Shown here piece after piece: positions 1 through 11,800 of a DNA stretch of 54,002 nt; position 1 is the stretch's first letter; every line of letters starts with the position of its first letter. Made by a program: the position numbers and the translations under genes. This stretch comes from Prorocentrum cordatum (taxonomy: Eukaryota). The stretch spans positions 62,001-116,002 of the forward strand of contig CAUYUJ010000275.1 in assembly GCA_963575745.1 (NCBI GenBank), in the 5' to 3' direction. The notes under the pieces are model-generated. The model did not search any database. It was not told where the DNA came from and saw only the letters and a list, made by a program, of their open reading frames with translations.

Positions 1-927
1 CGAGCTGGAATCGGCGATACATCGCCGACAGATCCGCGCTAGGCCCCCGATAGCAAATGCGCACGTTCCTGGGCGGGGTGTGCCAGTTGCCGGGCCCCCC
101 TCGGCGATCCCTGGGCGATTGGGGGGTCGATGCACTCCCCTCGGAGGCGATCCCCGTCACCAATGGCCTTCGGGTCCTAACTCGGGCCTCCGGAGGCTGT
201 CCGGGTCGATCCCGGCACCCCCAAAACGCCCTCGGCGAGGAGCTGCTGTTGACGAGCACCAGGAGGCTGGAAAACGGCCGAGGTCTGACGAAAACGCAGA
301 GAAACGTCGAGCCTGTGGCCTACCCCGCCGCCCTCGTTGCCTCTGACCCCTGACCCCCTCTTGCGCGCCCCCGAGAGCAGGGTGAGAGGCGAGAGGCCAG
401 GGATGCTCACTGCAGCGCGCAGCCTCTGCTGCCCCCTCGGGGGCTGCCTGCGCGGCGCCGCCGCAGAGGGATCGGGGAAGAGGGGCCGTGGAGGTGCTGC
501 GTAATGAGGGGAGGCGGGAGGGAGGAGAGGGCGGGGCACAGTCAACCCATTGTAGGAAGGATGCGCGGAAAGGATGCCGAGGCTCTTCGAGCGGTGCTGG
601 CCATCGAGAGTGGTTGAGGATGGGCCGAAGAGGCGAGGATGCAAGTGTACCATTGGGAAATCGGTTGACTGTATGGGGGAGGCGGCCGAGGAGAAAGGCG
701 GAGAAGGACACGACACGATACGATACGAGTCGACAACGACTGGGGCCACGTGTCTCTCTTGTCTCACATGTGCAGCTGCTCGTGCCATGAAACTCGCGTA
801 GGGAGGTTGATATATCTCAACGTATGGAGAAGGAGGAGGAGACTGAGGAGGAAGATGGAGGAGAAGGACGGAGGAGCAGGGAGGTGGGAGGAGGAGGAGG
901 AGGAGGAGGGTGAGGGGAATTAAGAGG

Positions 928-1002
928 GAGGAGGAGGAGGAGGAGGAGGAGGAGGAGGAGGAGGAGGAGGAGGAGGAGGAGGAGGAGGAGGAGGAGGAGG
1001 AG
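928..1002. repeat. (GAG)n microsatellite within a purine-rich tract (~820-1240)
   Basis: Uninterrupted GAG run; source of the poly-E/S/P/L ORFs in the track. Confidence 0.95.
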
Positions 1003-1477
1003 GGGGAGCCGATCTGTGAGGATCCACAGGAAGGACCCTCTCCAGAATCGGCGCTTTCGTTGGCAACACCCCAGTCGACATGCAGGTGCGGAACATGAAG
1101 GTGCGTGCAGTCGGGATGCGAGGGACGAGGATTGGGATGGGGAGGGATGATGATGGTGGTGGTGGTGATGATGAGGATGATGTTGATAATGGGGATGACA
1201 CGGGAGCGGGAGAGAGGGATGGATGAAAGAGGAATACACAAACCTACGCAGATACTAATAAGAATCCGCCGGCCCCCTTGTGGGGGCACCAGGCTGTAGG
1301 CGCGGGTTCGCAGTTTCCTGTGCCAGTTGTAGCTTGTAGTTTCCAGTGTTACAGTTCTGCTTCTTGCTGGTTACTGTAACTAGTTGATTGACAGCGCGAG
1401 GGGGGGGGAGGCCCAAACCAGATTTTTAGCGTCTCCTGGGCGTGTTGTCTGAATTGCTGGGGGAGTTCGAAATCAAC

Positions 1478-2212
1478 ACCCCTCACGCAGATCCGCGGGG
1501 TCAGGGTCCAATAACACAGGGGATTTGCCACATTTCTGAAATTCGGTGCCACCCCTCACGCAGATCCGCGGGGTCAGGGTCCAAAAACACAGGGGATTTG
1601 CCACATTTCTGAAATTCGGTGCCACCCCTCACGCAGATCCGCGGGGTCAGGGTCCAAAAACACAGGGGATTTGCCACATTTCTGAAATTCGGTGCCACCC
1701 CTCACGCAGATCTGCGGGGTCAGGGTCCAAAAACACATGGGATTTGCCACATTTCTGAAATTCGGTGCCACCCCTCACGCAGATCCGCGGGGTCAGGGTC
1801 CAAAAACATAAGGGATTTGCTACATTTCTGAAATTCGGTGCCACCCCTCACGCAGATCCGCGGGGTCAGGGTCCAAAAACACAAGCCACATTTCTGAAAT
1901 TCGGTGCCACCCCTCACGCAGATCCGCGGGGTCAGGGTCCAAAAACACAATGGATTTGCCACATTTCTGAAATTCGGTGCCACCCCTCACGCAGATCCGC
2001 GGGGTCAGGGTTCAAAAACACATGGGATTTGCCACATTTCTGAAATTCGGTGCCACCCCTCACGCAGATCCGCGGGGTCAGGGTCCAAAAACACAGGGGA
2101 TTTGCCACATTCTGAAATTCGGCGCCACCCCTTACACAGATCCGCGGGGTCAGGGTCCAAAAACACAGGGGATTTGGCACATTTCTGAAATTCGGTGCCA
2201 CCCTTCACGCAC
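1478..2212. repeat. 73-bp tandem repeat, ~10 near-identical copies
   Basis: Unit ACCCCTCACGCAGATCCGCGGGGTCAGGGTCCAAAAACACAGGGGATTTGCCACATTTCTGAAATTCGGTGCC starts at 1478, 1551, 1624, 1697, 1770, 1843...; one copy has a 7-bp deletion. Confidence 0.97.
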
Positions 2213-2216
2213 ATCC

Positions 2217-2330
2217 ATCGCAAGGCGTGGTAACCCAAACTGCGAGAACTCCCTCGGCCCTTTAATCGCAAGGTGTGGTAACCAAGCCCGTAAACCATAC
2301 ACGTCTTACCAATCGCCAGGTGTGGTAACC
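2217..2330. repeat. Three 19-bp direct repeats ATCGCMAGGYGTGGTAACC with dissimilar 28-29 bp spacers
   Basis: Copies at 2217-2235, 2265-2283 and 2312-2330. Confidence 0.8.
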
Positions 2331-3771
2331 CCTCTTGTGATCAGTTGGTTTTGCTGATTGCGAATCGGCTTCGCATGAAGTTTCGATACTGCTTCACGAC
2401 AGCGCCAAGGCCTCATGACTTTGCTCTTCCATGGCCCATTCTCCGAGAGAGGGGGCCGGCGGCAGGGGGCGAAGCCCTTACGGATAATCGAGACCTCACG
2501 AGCTGGGTCCGAGTACATGGGGTTCATGAGCACGTCGTATCGCCGATGCATCGGCGACGTTGGCGTGGAGAGAATCGGGATCCACATCGGCTGGGCGCTC
2601 CGACAGGGAGAGAGAACCTCCACCCAGAGGGGCACGATCGAAGGCGAAGAGGGCGGGTACGCTGAGCTGTTTAATAAGCGTGGGGGGCCCGATCGCGCGA
2701 GTGTGCGGGGATGGGCTGTCCTTCGCAGGTCGTGGGGGCGGGGGGATCGCTCGAGGGGGTGGGCCCGGCGTGCGAAAGGGGGGGGCGGACTGAAACAGGC
2801 CGCCGGGCGGAGTGGCACAGGGAGTGTGCTGAAAGACGAAGCGAAGGTCTGCGGTGCCGGTGCTGAGCGGCACGCGAAAAGAGCAAGAGCGCAGCACAAA
2901 AATAAGATGCTGACGCGGAGTTCTCACTCTTGTAAAAAAGCATGCTTGATGATCGCGCTGGCCGATGCTCATTGTTTTTCAGTGGAGCGGCGCTCGTCGA
3001 CGCTCGCACCTGGTCCTTTAGTTGGGGTTGGCGCTGGACCTTCAAGTGCCCCCCAAGACTGCCACGACGGCTTCCGCCTGAGGCCTCCTCACGACTTAGC
3101 CAGGAATCGCGCTCTCGCTCGAGGCTTCCTGGCACTTTACGCGGGGATCGCGCTCTTGCCTGCAATCTCCTTGTGCACCATCTGCGCACGAACGGCGCGG
3201 TCTCGCCGCCCAGGCGTCGTGCTCTCGCCCTGGGAGCTTGCTCAGGAACTGCATCCCCGCCAGAGAACCGCCCCCCCGAGCCTCCGGGCCCTCCGAAGCC
3301 CCCCTGTTCTGTTTCCAGGAAGTGCATCGGCTACACGCAAGGAGTGGCCCTGGGTAAGAGTGACCCTTCTGATGCGCGGCTTTTTTGGACCGCGGGGGGG
3401 CCAAAAACAAGCGCGCGAGCCGCTGCTACCGCTTCTCTTTCGGCCATCTGGGGGCCCATCTGTGCCCGCACCAAAGGTCACTCTGGCGAAAGGGCACTCT
3501 TACGCCTAGTCGAATCCAGGGAGTCCCGTAACGAACTCCAAAACGGCGCCCTCGCGAGGAACATCCTCAGAGACTTCTCTGCAAATTGTGCAAGAGTCGC
3601 ACGTTCGCCGGGACCTCCCGAGCAGCTCACGCAGGGATGGCGCCCTCTCGCCACTCGAGAATCGTGCCCTCGCCTCCTCACAGGGTCCTCAGGCCGTTCC
3701 ATGAGATCCTCCTCCTCCTCCTCCGCCTCCTTCTCCCGCCTCCCCCTTACGCTCTGTGGGAGGCCTCGCCA

Positions 3772-3900
3772 CTGCTCGGACGTTCATTCCCCGTGCATGT
3801 TTCGATGTCGTGCGCTTATTTTTTCGCAAGACGGGCCAAGATGCTCGTCGATGATCCCCGCCGAGAAAAACGCACACGTCCGAGCGATGCCAAGAGCCAT
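3772..3900 (+). repeat. Dispersed repeat, homologous to 9190-9320
   Basis: Both read ctcggacgt.catt...tcgtgcg...tcgcaa...gatgctc.tcga...cgccgagaaaaa...gcac..gtccga.cgatgcca. Confidence 0.7.
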
Positions 3901-4384
3901 GAGTGCGGCACCCGCTAGCCCGCGGGGATCACGGGGCTCAGGTGAAGACGCGTCTGTGCCACCGAACGAACGTTCTGTCCGAAGGCCATTCTGGGCGCGA
4001 AAGGGTCAGTCAATCACGCCTTGGACGATCCCACCCAGTGCGGCGTCTGCCCGCACTCGGCGATCATGAGGCTCTCAAGAGCTACCGCGCGCGGGAAATC
4101 TGCGTGAGAATGAGCGGGCGTGAGGGAGTGATAGCACGAGTGTGCATGAATGAGTATGGGCCTGGCTACCTGTGGGTTAAGTGCCAGTGATCACGAGCTG
4201 GCGTCATCAGCATCCGAAAGATGGTGAGCACGATGTTGAGTGCGTGAGTGTGAGCGGGTGCGAGCGTGATAAAGGAAAGGTGCATACAGGAAGAAGGGAT
4301 GCGGAGGGAGGAACGGGGAAGGAGGCGCACTCATTATGGCAAGAACTCGATGCTTACAGTGTCTGGAAGTATTCGCACATATAA

Positions 4385-4500
4385 CCTCCTCCTCCTCCTC
4401 CTCCTCCTCCTCCTCATTCTCCTCCTCCTCCTCCTCGCATACATAACCCTCCTCCTCCTCCTCCTCCTCCTCCTCCTCATTCTCCTCGTCCCCCTCGTCC
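4385..4500. repeat. (CCT)n microsatellite in a short local duplication
   Basis: Two TAACC(C)-(CCT)n-CATTCTCCTC units. Confidence 0.85.
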
Positions 4501-4571
4501 TCCTTCTCTGGTTGCGGCCTGCCACCGGCGGCGGCGCCACAGGCACACTAGGACTCCGCGCGTAATCTCTG

Positions 4572-4945
4572 GTACTGCCCGAAGAGAAGGTCGTAGTGCC
4601 CTGGCCCCTCAGCTGGAACTCCCTGGAAGCGGGCGCAGGAGCCGTCTTTAGGGAAAGGTCGAGCTTGGAGAGGACCAGTGCGGTGACATAATGTGGATGA
4701 CACGAGTATCACGAAGCAGCAGGTGCTACCAGGGCACGCGATGAGAGTAAGGCTGTGCCCCATTGGCTCCATCCACCCACAATGCGGCTTTTGCAGGCCA
4801 CTTTCCAGTTTTCCGTGTCGTGCCCCCGCGAAGGAATCCGAGCACGGCCACCGAGAGGATCGGTTATGCTGCGGGCGCGTGGCCGCGATCACAACCACGA
4901 AGGACCCCCAGCCGCCAGCCCGCCGTCGCCCTGGAGCTCCTGCAT
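4572..4945 (-). pseudogene. Possible degraded OTU-like cysteine protease fragment
   Basis: Minus strand MQELQGDG (D ~4927) is in frame, through one stop, with SQWG (W ~4762). A 1-nt frameshift then gives SLTLIAC...GPGHYDLLF (H ~4598). Order and spacing recall OTU GDGNC...WGD.TL.A...HYD; the catalytic Cys is absent. Confidence 0.3.
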
Positions 4946-5130
4946 GGTTCGAGTACGGTCACGGCGCTGCCAGAAGGAACGTTCAATCCGGAACGAAGGG
5001 GCTGCTCTGGCCACGGCGAGCGGCAGCCACGAATTGGCTCCCCGGCCTAGACCGAAGGAGACCGGCCCGAAAACCCGAGCCCCTCCTGAGCCCAAAGCGG
5101 TCCTCGTGTCAGCGCCTCGGCTTTGAGCTT

Positions 5131-5215
5131 TCGGAGCTCCGCGCGGACCTCTTGAATCCGCGCTGGACCCCCCTCCCCGGCGCGCCATGGCCCCGGCGCC
5201 GCAAGGGGGGGGTCC
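5131..5215 (+). repeat. Dispersed repeat GAGCTCCGCGCGGA...CGCTGG...GGCGCGC; also at 37582-37650 (+) and ~35815-35882 (-)
   Basis: Three alignable copies. Confidence 0.7.
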
Positions 5216-5580
5216 CGGCGCAGCCGCGAGAGATCCGCGCGGACCTCCAACAGCTCCTGTTTGCGCTGTGCTCTTTTGTTTTTTCCCCGGGGAGTGAGAG
5301 GAGGCGAGCGGGCATCCCAGCGACGGCCTCCACAAGCGGCGCGGAAGAAGACAGGCGGTGCGGAACATGCGGCAGCTCTCGTTTGTGTTTTTGCTGCTCA
5401 AGTGTGAAGAAAACGAGGCCCGAAGGAGGCCACAAGAGGTCCCCAAGCGGCCCCCAAGAGGCCTCAGAACTGCCTCCAAGAGATCCCCGAGATGCCTTCC
5501 ACGAGATCCCAACAAACATCCACTAGGCTTCATACCCACAGCCCAGGAACGTTGGCGGGACTTGCCGTAGGCAGCTGGAT

Positions 5581-7123
5581 CCGCCGCCCCCTGTTGCTTG
5601 CAAAAGGGGTGCCTGGCGTGCTGAACCCTCTCAGTTTTGGTATTGGCTCTTTTCCAAAAGAACTCCCCCTGGGCCTCCGGCGCGTTCCGCCGGCCACCCA
5701 GAAAGATTGCCAAGGACCGCAATCCGGGAACAAATCCTCCAAAATGGTCCAAGATGGCCACGTTGGCCCTAGACGGCCTCCAAGATGGTCCAAGATGGCC
5801 TCCAAGTCCGCCCAAGATGGTCCTTGACGGCCTCCAAGACGGCCCAAGAGAGTCCAAGATACATCCAAGGTCGCCCGAGAAGCCTCCAAGACGGCCCAAC
5901 ACGACCCAAGAAGCCTCCAAGAGGCCCTCCAGAAGGGTCCGAAGAGGCCAATATCCTTGATTTTCCATACGTTTTGAAGGATTTGGGCATGTGCTTCTTC
6001 TCGGCATTCCGACGGCTCAAGACGGCCCAAGAGGCCCCAAATATCGCCCCAAGATCGCCCAAGAGGGCTCCAAGAGGGCCCCTTGATGGCACAAGAGGCC
6101 TCCAAGACGGCCCCAAGAGGGCCCGAAGACGGCCCAAGAGACCTCCAAGACGCCCAAGATGGCCTCCACGACGGCCCCGAAGCGCCCCAAGAGGACCCCG
6201 AGTCGGTTCAGAGCGGCCCCCAAGACGGCTCCCGACGGCGTCAGACGGGCCAGGAGCCCACCAAGATGGCCGAAGTTGGCTAGAAGCTGGCCCAAGACGG
6301 CCCAAGAGGCCTCCAGAAATGTCCAAAAACACACTTTCCGCGTAGGTTTTTGAAGGATTTAGACATTTGCTTCTTTTCGGCCTTCCGACGGCCCGATACG
6401 GCCCAAGAGCCCCCAAAGATCGCCCAAAGGTCGCCCAAGATGCCTCCAAGATGGCCCCAGAAGGCCCAAGAAGCCCCCAAGACAGCCCCAAGAGGCCCCC
6501 AAGACGGCCCAGGAGGCTTTGAAGACGCCCAAGATGGCCTTCAAAACGGCCCTGGAGCATTCCAAGGACCCCAAGTCGGCTCAGAGAGGCCCCCCAAACG
6601 GCTTCCGACGGCGTCGGACGGGCCAGGGGCCCACCAAGACGGCCGAAGATGGCACTAAGATGGCCCAAGACGGCCCAAGAGGCCTCCAAGAGGGCCTCCA
6701 GGAAGGCCCGAAAAGGCCCAAATCATTTATTTCCAATAAGTTTTTGAAGGATTGTGGCATTTGCTTGTTTTCGGCCTTCCGACGGCCCGAGACGGCCAAA
6801 GTGCCCCCAAAGATCGCCCAAGAGGCCCAAGACGGCGCCAACATGCCCCCAAGAAGGCCCAAGAGGCCTCAAAGACGCTCAAGATGGCATCCAAGACGGC
6901 CCAAGAGCCCTCCAAGACGTTCTCCAAGAAGGCCCGAAAGGGTCAAAATGGCCTCCAGGCGGCCACGATGACCTTCAAGATGCCCACGTGTTCCCCGGGC
7001 TCTCCCAACCGATTCGGGGAACACATGGTCCGATAGCTTGGCAGGTCTGGCCTCACCGTTCGGCCACATAGGCGCTTCCAAAAAGGCAGGGGGCGGCGAT
7101 GATTCGCCGTAGGCGTCTTCGAT
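5581..7123 (+). mobile_element. Non-autonomous Helitron2/Helentron-like element (copy B) with CCAAG-rich body
   Basis: 5' CCGCCGCCCCCTG (5581-5593) matches 3' CAGGGGGCGGCGA (7087-7099) as an inverted repeat at 12/13. Then hairpin CGCC-GTA-GGCG (7105-7115) and TCTTCGAT. It directly abuts an orphan 3' end (GGCGG...TGCC-GTA-GGCA-GCTGGAT, 5554-5580). Confidence 0.6.
5738..6985 (+). repeat. Degenerate (GGCCCAAGA)-type minisatellite body
   Basis: Dozens of CCAAGA/GGCCC motifs with a ~400-bp higher-order recurrence (ttttgaaggatt...ttcggc.ttccgacggc at ~5972, 6347, 6742). Confidence 0.9.
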
Positions 7124-7145
7124 AAACAACTGTAACGGAAAACTG

Positions 7146-7253
7146 AGATCGGTTCAAGTGTGATTAAAATTGTGTTCGGTTCAACTGTTCTGTAGCATAG
7201 TTTTTGTTATCACACTGGATCAGAATTTGTTCAATCACACTTGCACCGAATCT
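7146..7253. mobile_element. AT-rich MITE-like element
   Basis: TCGGTTCAAGTGTGATTAA (7149-7167) inverted against TCAATCACACTTGCACCGA (7231-7249), 17/19; no TSD found. Confidence 0.6.
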
Positions 7254-7801
7254 AGCGCCACTTTTGAAACGGGCACTGTTCTTTAGGTTGGTTCACTTCT
7301 CCGAATGGTGCAATCCGCTGGCGCCCTCCCGCAAAGCCCACGGACATGTTCGCCGCACGTGAGACACGCCCAAAGCCCTGCCGAGTAAGGGTTGGACAGA
7401 ACCCCCTTTCGGGAGCGGCCAAGAGGGGGGTGTCCAAGAGGGGGGGTGCAAATCATGACCAGCGGCATGTGCGCGGCCCAGCGGGGGGGCCAGGGACGTA
7501 ATGAAATAAGAAGAGGCGCCGTGAAATCTGGGGAAAACTCATGGCCCGCGCCATGATATCCCCTCCTGCCCTAGTCATCCCCCCCCTCTTTTCCGCCCCC
7601 GACCCTTTAGTGAGACACCCCTTCACAGAAACCGCCAAGGACCACATGAGGCGACGGGCCCAGGGCCCGCGAGCAGCGCGGCCGCACCGCCCTCGCGAGA
7701 GTTCGAACCGGGCAGTCCGCGGATCGACTTGGCAGGGGGGAAGCTCTGTCGGCCTCCGACGAAACGACGCCGACGACCTCGATCTTGGACCTTCCACCAT
7801 A

Positions 7802-7979
7802 CAGTCGGGGCGTTGACCTAAGGAACCCTAAATAAGGAACGAGGCCCCTTTTTGTTCCACAAGTTAAACTTCGATTTCCCATCGAAAACATAAGGAAACC
7901 CTGAGGCAAGCTGCGAAACAATCAAGGAACACGGAGCCCCTCCCCAACGAAAAGGGTTCCTTCTTCAGGGCCCCGACTG
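7802..7979. mobile_element. Tc1/mariner-type MITE (178 bp) with TA target-site duplication
   Basis: TA|CAGTCGGGGC...AAGGAACC ... GGTTCCTT...GCCCCGACTG|TA. CAGT termini with TA flanks are typical of Tc1/mariner. Confidence 0.8.
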
Positions 7980-8014
7980 TACGGCCAAGAACTTTTTTCG
8001 TAGCGGCGTGGTTG

Positions 8015-8068
8015 TTGGCGTGTCGCGCCGAAGCATGGTGGGCCAGAACCGGCGGCGCGACACGCCAA
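8015..8068. repeat. Hairpin with perfect 16-bp stem and 22-nt loop; second copy at 8534-8585
   Basis: TTGGCGTGTCGCGCCG / CGGCGCGACACGCCAA; loop AAGCRTGGTGGGCCAGAACCGG is shared by both copies. Confidence 0.85.
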
Positions 8069-8735
8069 GCCAGAGACCCTGACCGTCTCGGCCTGCGACA
8101 TGACGACGCCGACCAGACCCGATCTTCGACTCTGCACCTGATATCTTCGCCTCATGGGCCGATGGGGCCCCACCGGAGCGAGCCCAAATGCAAAGCTCGG
8201 GGAGACGTGAGACTCGGGTTCGGGAGACTCGGGTCAGCCTGACGGGGCCGCCAGGAACATGGAGACCCAGTCTGACATTTGATGCGAACTCCCGCTGCAA
8301 ACACCCCACGAAAACTGGACCGTCAAAACTCAGGCTGTGCCCGTCGAAAAGCATCGGCAAACCCGAGTTCCGCCGATCTCGAGTCTTACGGTCAGGAGCT
8401 ATTGCATAGCGTGTCACGGCGGCGGCCCTGGCCACACGCCTTGCCTTGCAAGCGGATCGCTTGTCGCTTCGCTCCGCGGGCAGGGAGGCTTGGAAAGGCA
8501 GGGGACGTTGAAGCCTGAGGACTGGGAGATGGATAGCGTGTCGTGCCGAAGCGTGGTGGGCCAGAACCGGCGGAGCGACACGCTACAGTCACGCTGCTGC
8601 AGTCAAGATCGCTAGATGGCGGATTCTGGAAACCCTGAAACCCTGAAACGTTGTCGCCTCTGGGCTGCGCATCTGTTTTCCGCCGCCTTCAATCGGCCTT
8701 CCGCCGGCTTCCGCCAGCGGAGGCCTTGTTTTACT

Positions 8736-8818
8736 TCCGCCGCCCTTCCGCCGCCTCCCGCCGAGGAAGAGGTGGCACCTCCTTCGATCCTCGAAGGCGA
8801 GGCCATTCCTGGAACGCC
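8736..8818 (+). repeat. Direct repeat, second copy at ~9842-9928
   Basis: ccgccgcccttccgccgcct..cgccgaggaaga...ccttcga.cctcgaaggcgag...ctggaacgcc in both. Confidence 0.8.
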
Positions 8819-11800
8819 CCAGAAGAGCCCTGAAGCCCATTTTTGAAAGCATCGGCAAGCCCGAGTCTCACGCTTCCCCCATAGAAAAATCGCCCTCCTC
8901 GCGCTCTTCTGGCAGATGGCCCGCAGCTCCGGCACCGAGTCCTTCCACGTGCGCCCCTTGCAGAAGACGCCGAGGGCCTGGAAGCCCCAGCGGCCGCCTC
9001 GGCGTGGCCGCGCCCGGGGCGCGGGGGGGGCGGCGGGGAGGCGAGGAGCGCCACCTGCGCGTCCGAGCGCGCCGAGGCAGCCAGCGAGGAGGGCCGGGGG
9101 CAAGCGGGCGAGAGAGGCGCGCAGAGCGCGGCGAGCGGAGCAGCTCGGCGAGGGAGAGCACGCGAAGCTGGACGCAGGCCCTGGCCATCGCTCGGACGTC
9201 CATTTCCTGTGTTTTCTTCGGTTTCGTGCGTGGTTTTGTCGCAAAATGGTCGAGGATGCTCCTCGAAGGTCCTCGCCGAGAAAAAAATGCACAAGTCCGA
9301 TCGATGCCAGGAGGCCACGGATACGGAGGACAAGGCCAGCAGCCGGCCTCGTCCTGAGCAGGGGGGCGGCCTGGGGCCTCGCGAGTGGGGAGGAGTGGGG
9401 AGGATGAGGCGGGAGGGGAGCCGCCGCTCCCAAGCCCCTCCCCCTCCTGTCCTCCTCCTCCTCCTCCTCCTCCTCCTCCTCCTTGCCCTCCTCCTCCTCC
9501 TCCTCCTCCTCCTCCTCCTTGCTCTCCGCCCGCTCCAGCACAAGCCATGTCGGACCTCCGCGGGCGGTCTCTCCGCCGGCGCCCGACGCCCCTCCCCGCG
9601 CCGCCCCCCCCGGCGCGCGAAGTGCGCCAGGGGGATGCGGGGCGGGTGTCGGGCGCCTGCTGAGGAGCTGTCTGCGGCGCCTGCTGAGGAGCCGCGTGCG
9701 TTTCCAATCCTCCGCGACTGCTTCCCACAACTCCGACGGTGTGACTTGGTCGGTTCTGGGAGCCCTGGGACCGAAAAATATTGCGATCTCTCTGGGGCGC
9801 ATGTTTTACCCAGCCGGACTTCCGCCGTCCTTCGGCCACCCTCCGCCGCCCTTCCGCCGCCTTTCCGCCGAGGAAGAAGAGATGATAACGCCTTCGACCC
9901 TCGAAGGCGAGACCCTTTCTGGAACGCCTTGTTCGCACCGTGGGCCCCTGGATGCTGTGACCCCTTCCTTGGGGCCAGCTTTTCATCCCGAGTCGTTCTT
10001 TGGCAGTCCGTGGGGCCCGATGAGGGCCCCCAGAGGCCGAACCTTTTCCAAAAAAATTGGCCTTGATATATTTGGCACAGCAATTAGGTGGGGGTTCTGC
10101 TCGCCCGGGATCTCCTGGTTCACGGAACAGGCGGGCGATCGCAAGCCCGCTCTCGCCGAGGCCGTCCCGCAGCACGTATCTCGCGAGCTCGGAGCCCTCC
10201 TGCCCGGGTGCGCTGGGCGGAGCGTCATCGTGTGGACTGCCCCCTTCACCTCTCGAGTTATGGTGTCTCAGGGTGTTCGTGTACCGCTTGATGGGGGCAC
10301 GAGGTTGGGCTGGGGCCCTGCTGGGGAAATACGGAGGGAGGCAGGGGAAGGAGGAAGAATACGAGCCATCTGAGCAGGCACAGGAACATACCCTCCTGAA
10401 CGACTTCCCCCACAGGACATCTGATCGCTGTCCGAAGTGCCAAAGATGTCTCGCCATGAAGCAAGCGGTGACCTCTGGGCTTCTGTGGCTTTCCCAAAGG
10501 CGGGCCTCGAACTTCTGGAAAACTTACCTGTGGCCTTCACAGGCTTCGGGCACGAGCTGCGTAGGCCTTCTCTCTGGCGCACGGCCTGGCATTTGGATTG
10601 CCCCTCTCCTGGTCCATGATGCGGCAGAAGGCGTTGGACACCTGGGCCAATATCATGGGAGGCGCTCTTCGACTCAAGAATCTGCAGCTCGTCTGCAATT
10701 TAAAGCATGGCGCGCCCCACTGCTAGTGTCCCTGTCCGCCCACTCCTTCGGTGTTGTGAGCATCCTCTCGCTGCCCTCCCAATCTCAGCAGCATATCCAA
10801 GTCAGATCAACGCTTGCAATCATGTTTTCGGGGATCGGGCTGAAGATCACAATTCAGAAGATTGCTTTGGTAGCTTGGCCCTTCAGCGCTTTAACTCGTC
10901 ACTATTTTGTCCAAGCCCAATCGCAAGTTCAAGCCCACGCCACGACCAGTCCTGTGACCACTACGACGGCAGCATCTGGCGAGTCTATTCTGACACATGG
11001 CCAGATGATCTGAATGCAACCCTGATTCCACGTGTCACAAGCCACCATGACTCATGGGGATCGAATGTCGATCGCGCGATCACATCGATCCGAATGCTCG
11101 GTCGGGAACAGAATCAGGGCAAAGCGTCATCACACGATCACGGGACCGGATCGTTGTGATGAGCTCGCAACTCTGCATTGCACTTGTGATTGGTACCACT
11201 TTTTACACTGGAGAAGGCCTTCGAAAGGCCGTGTGGATCAACAGCAAATCAATCACGATGACGTGGGGCACGCATGCAACAGATCTACGACGATGTCGCA
11301 ACATGGGCATCCAAGGGGAGCAATCTCTTGGGAGGCCGTGCTCCATGTTCCTCAGGTCCCCGATCGCGCGCGAAGCTGCGCGTTCGCCACGCTGGTGGAA
11401 TGGGGCCCGCAAGCTCAGAACTCCGACGCCATATGCTTTTTGCTCGCAACGCGCACCTCTGGAGGCCCACGCCCCTTCCCCTGGGCCAACCTCTCATCCC
11501 GGGCCGCACGGGCCCCGGTGAGGACCCCCAGAGGCCGAAGCCAGCCAAAGGGGGAGGAGCTGCGGGATTCTCCGTGGCCAGCGGAAGAAAACGATAGAAC
11601 ATCTGACCAATGACTGCACAACGAGCTCCTCGAGTACGATGTTCCATCCACCCATCTCGTCACAAACCTCCCGCCGTGATTTTCGCTGCGAGGGCAGCGG
11701 GGGAGGCCTGTGCCCCAAGTCCTTCCTGGGCCGCCCCGCCGCGGTGAGCCCCGGCGTCGCCCGACGCCCCGGGCGTGCCCTGGCGCCCAGATTTGGCACG

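Larger units (their letters stand above)
1266..2485 (+). mobile_element. Non-autonomous Helitron2/Helentron-like element (copy A) carrying the 73-bp array
   Basis: 5' end (GAAT)CCGCCGGCCCCC at 1266-1277 is the exact reverse complement of GGGGGCCGGCGG at 2451-2462. That is followed by hairpin GGGC-GAA-GCCC (2467-2477) and ...GGAT. The 5' repeat also folds locally (GCCCCC-TTGT-GGGGGC). No TSD seen. Class assigned by structural analogy only. Confidence 0.6.

Noticed and set aside
1478..2330. CRISPR array
   Set aside because: The 73-bp units are conserved over their whole length (no spacers). The 19-bp repeat has only three imperfect copies. No cas genes are present and the context is eukaryotic.
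5530..7129. Numerous R/P/K- or L/G/W-rich ORFs (also at 12.5-17 kb and 31-32 kb)
   Set aside because: Translations of stop-poor CCAAG repeats on both strands; no domain motifs.
8630..8649. Telomeric repeat
   Set aside because: Only ~2.5 copies of the 8-mer AAACCCTG, not the 7-mer CCCTAAA.
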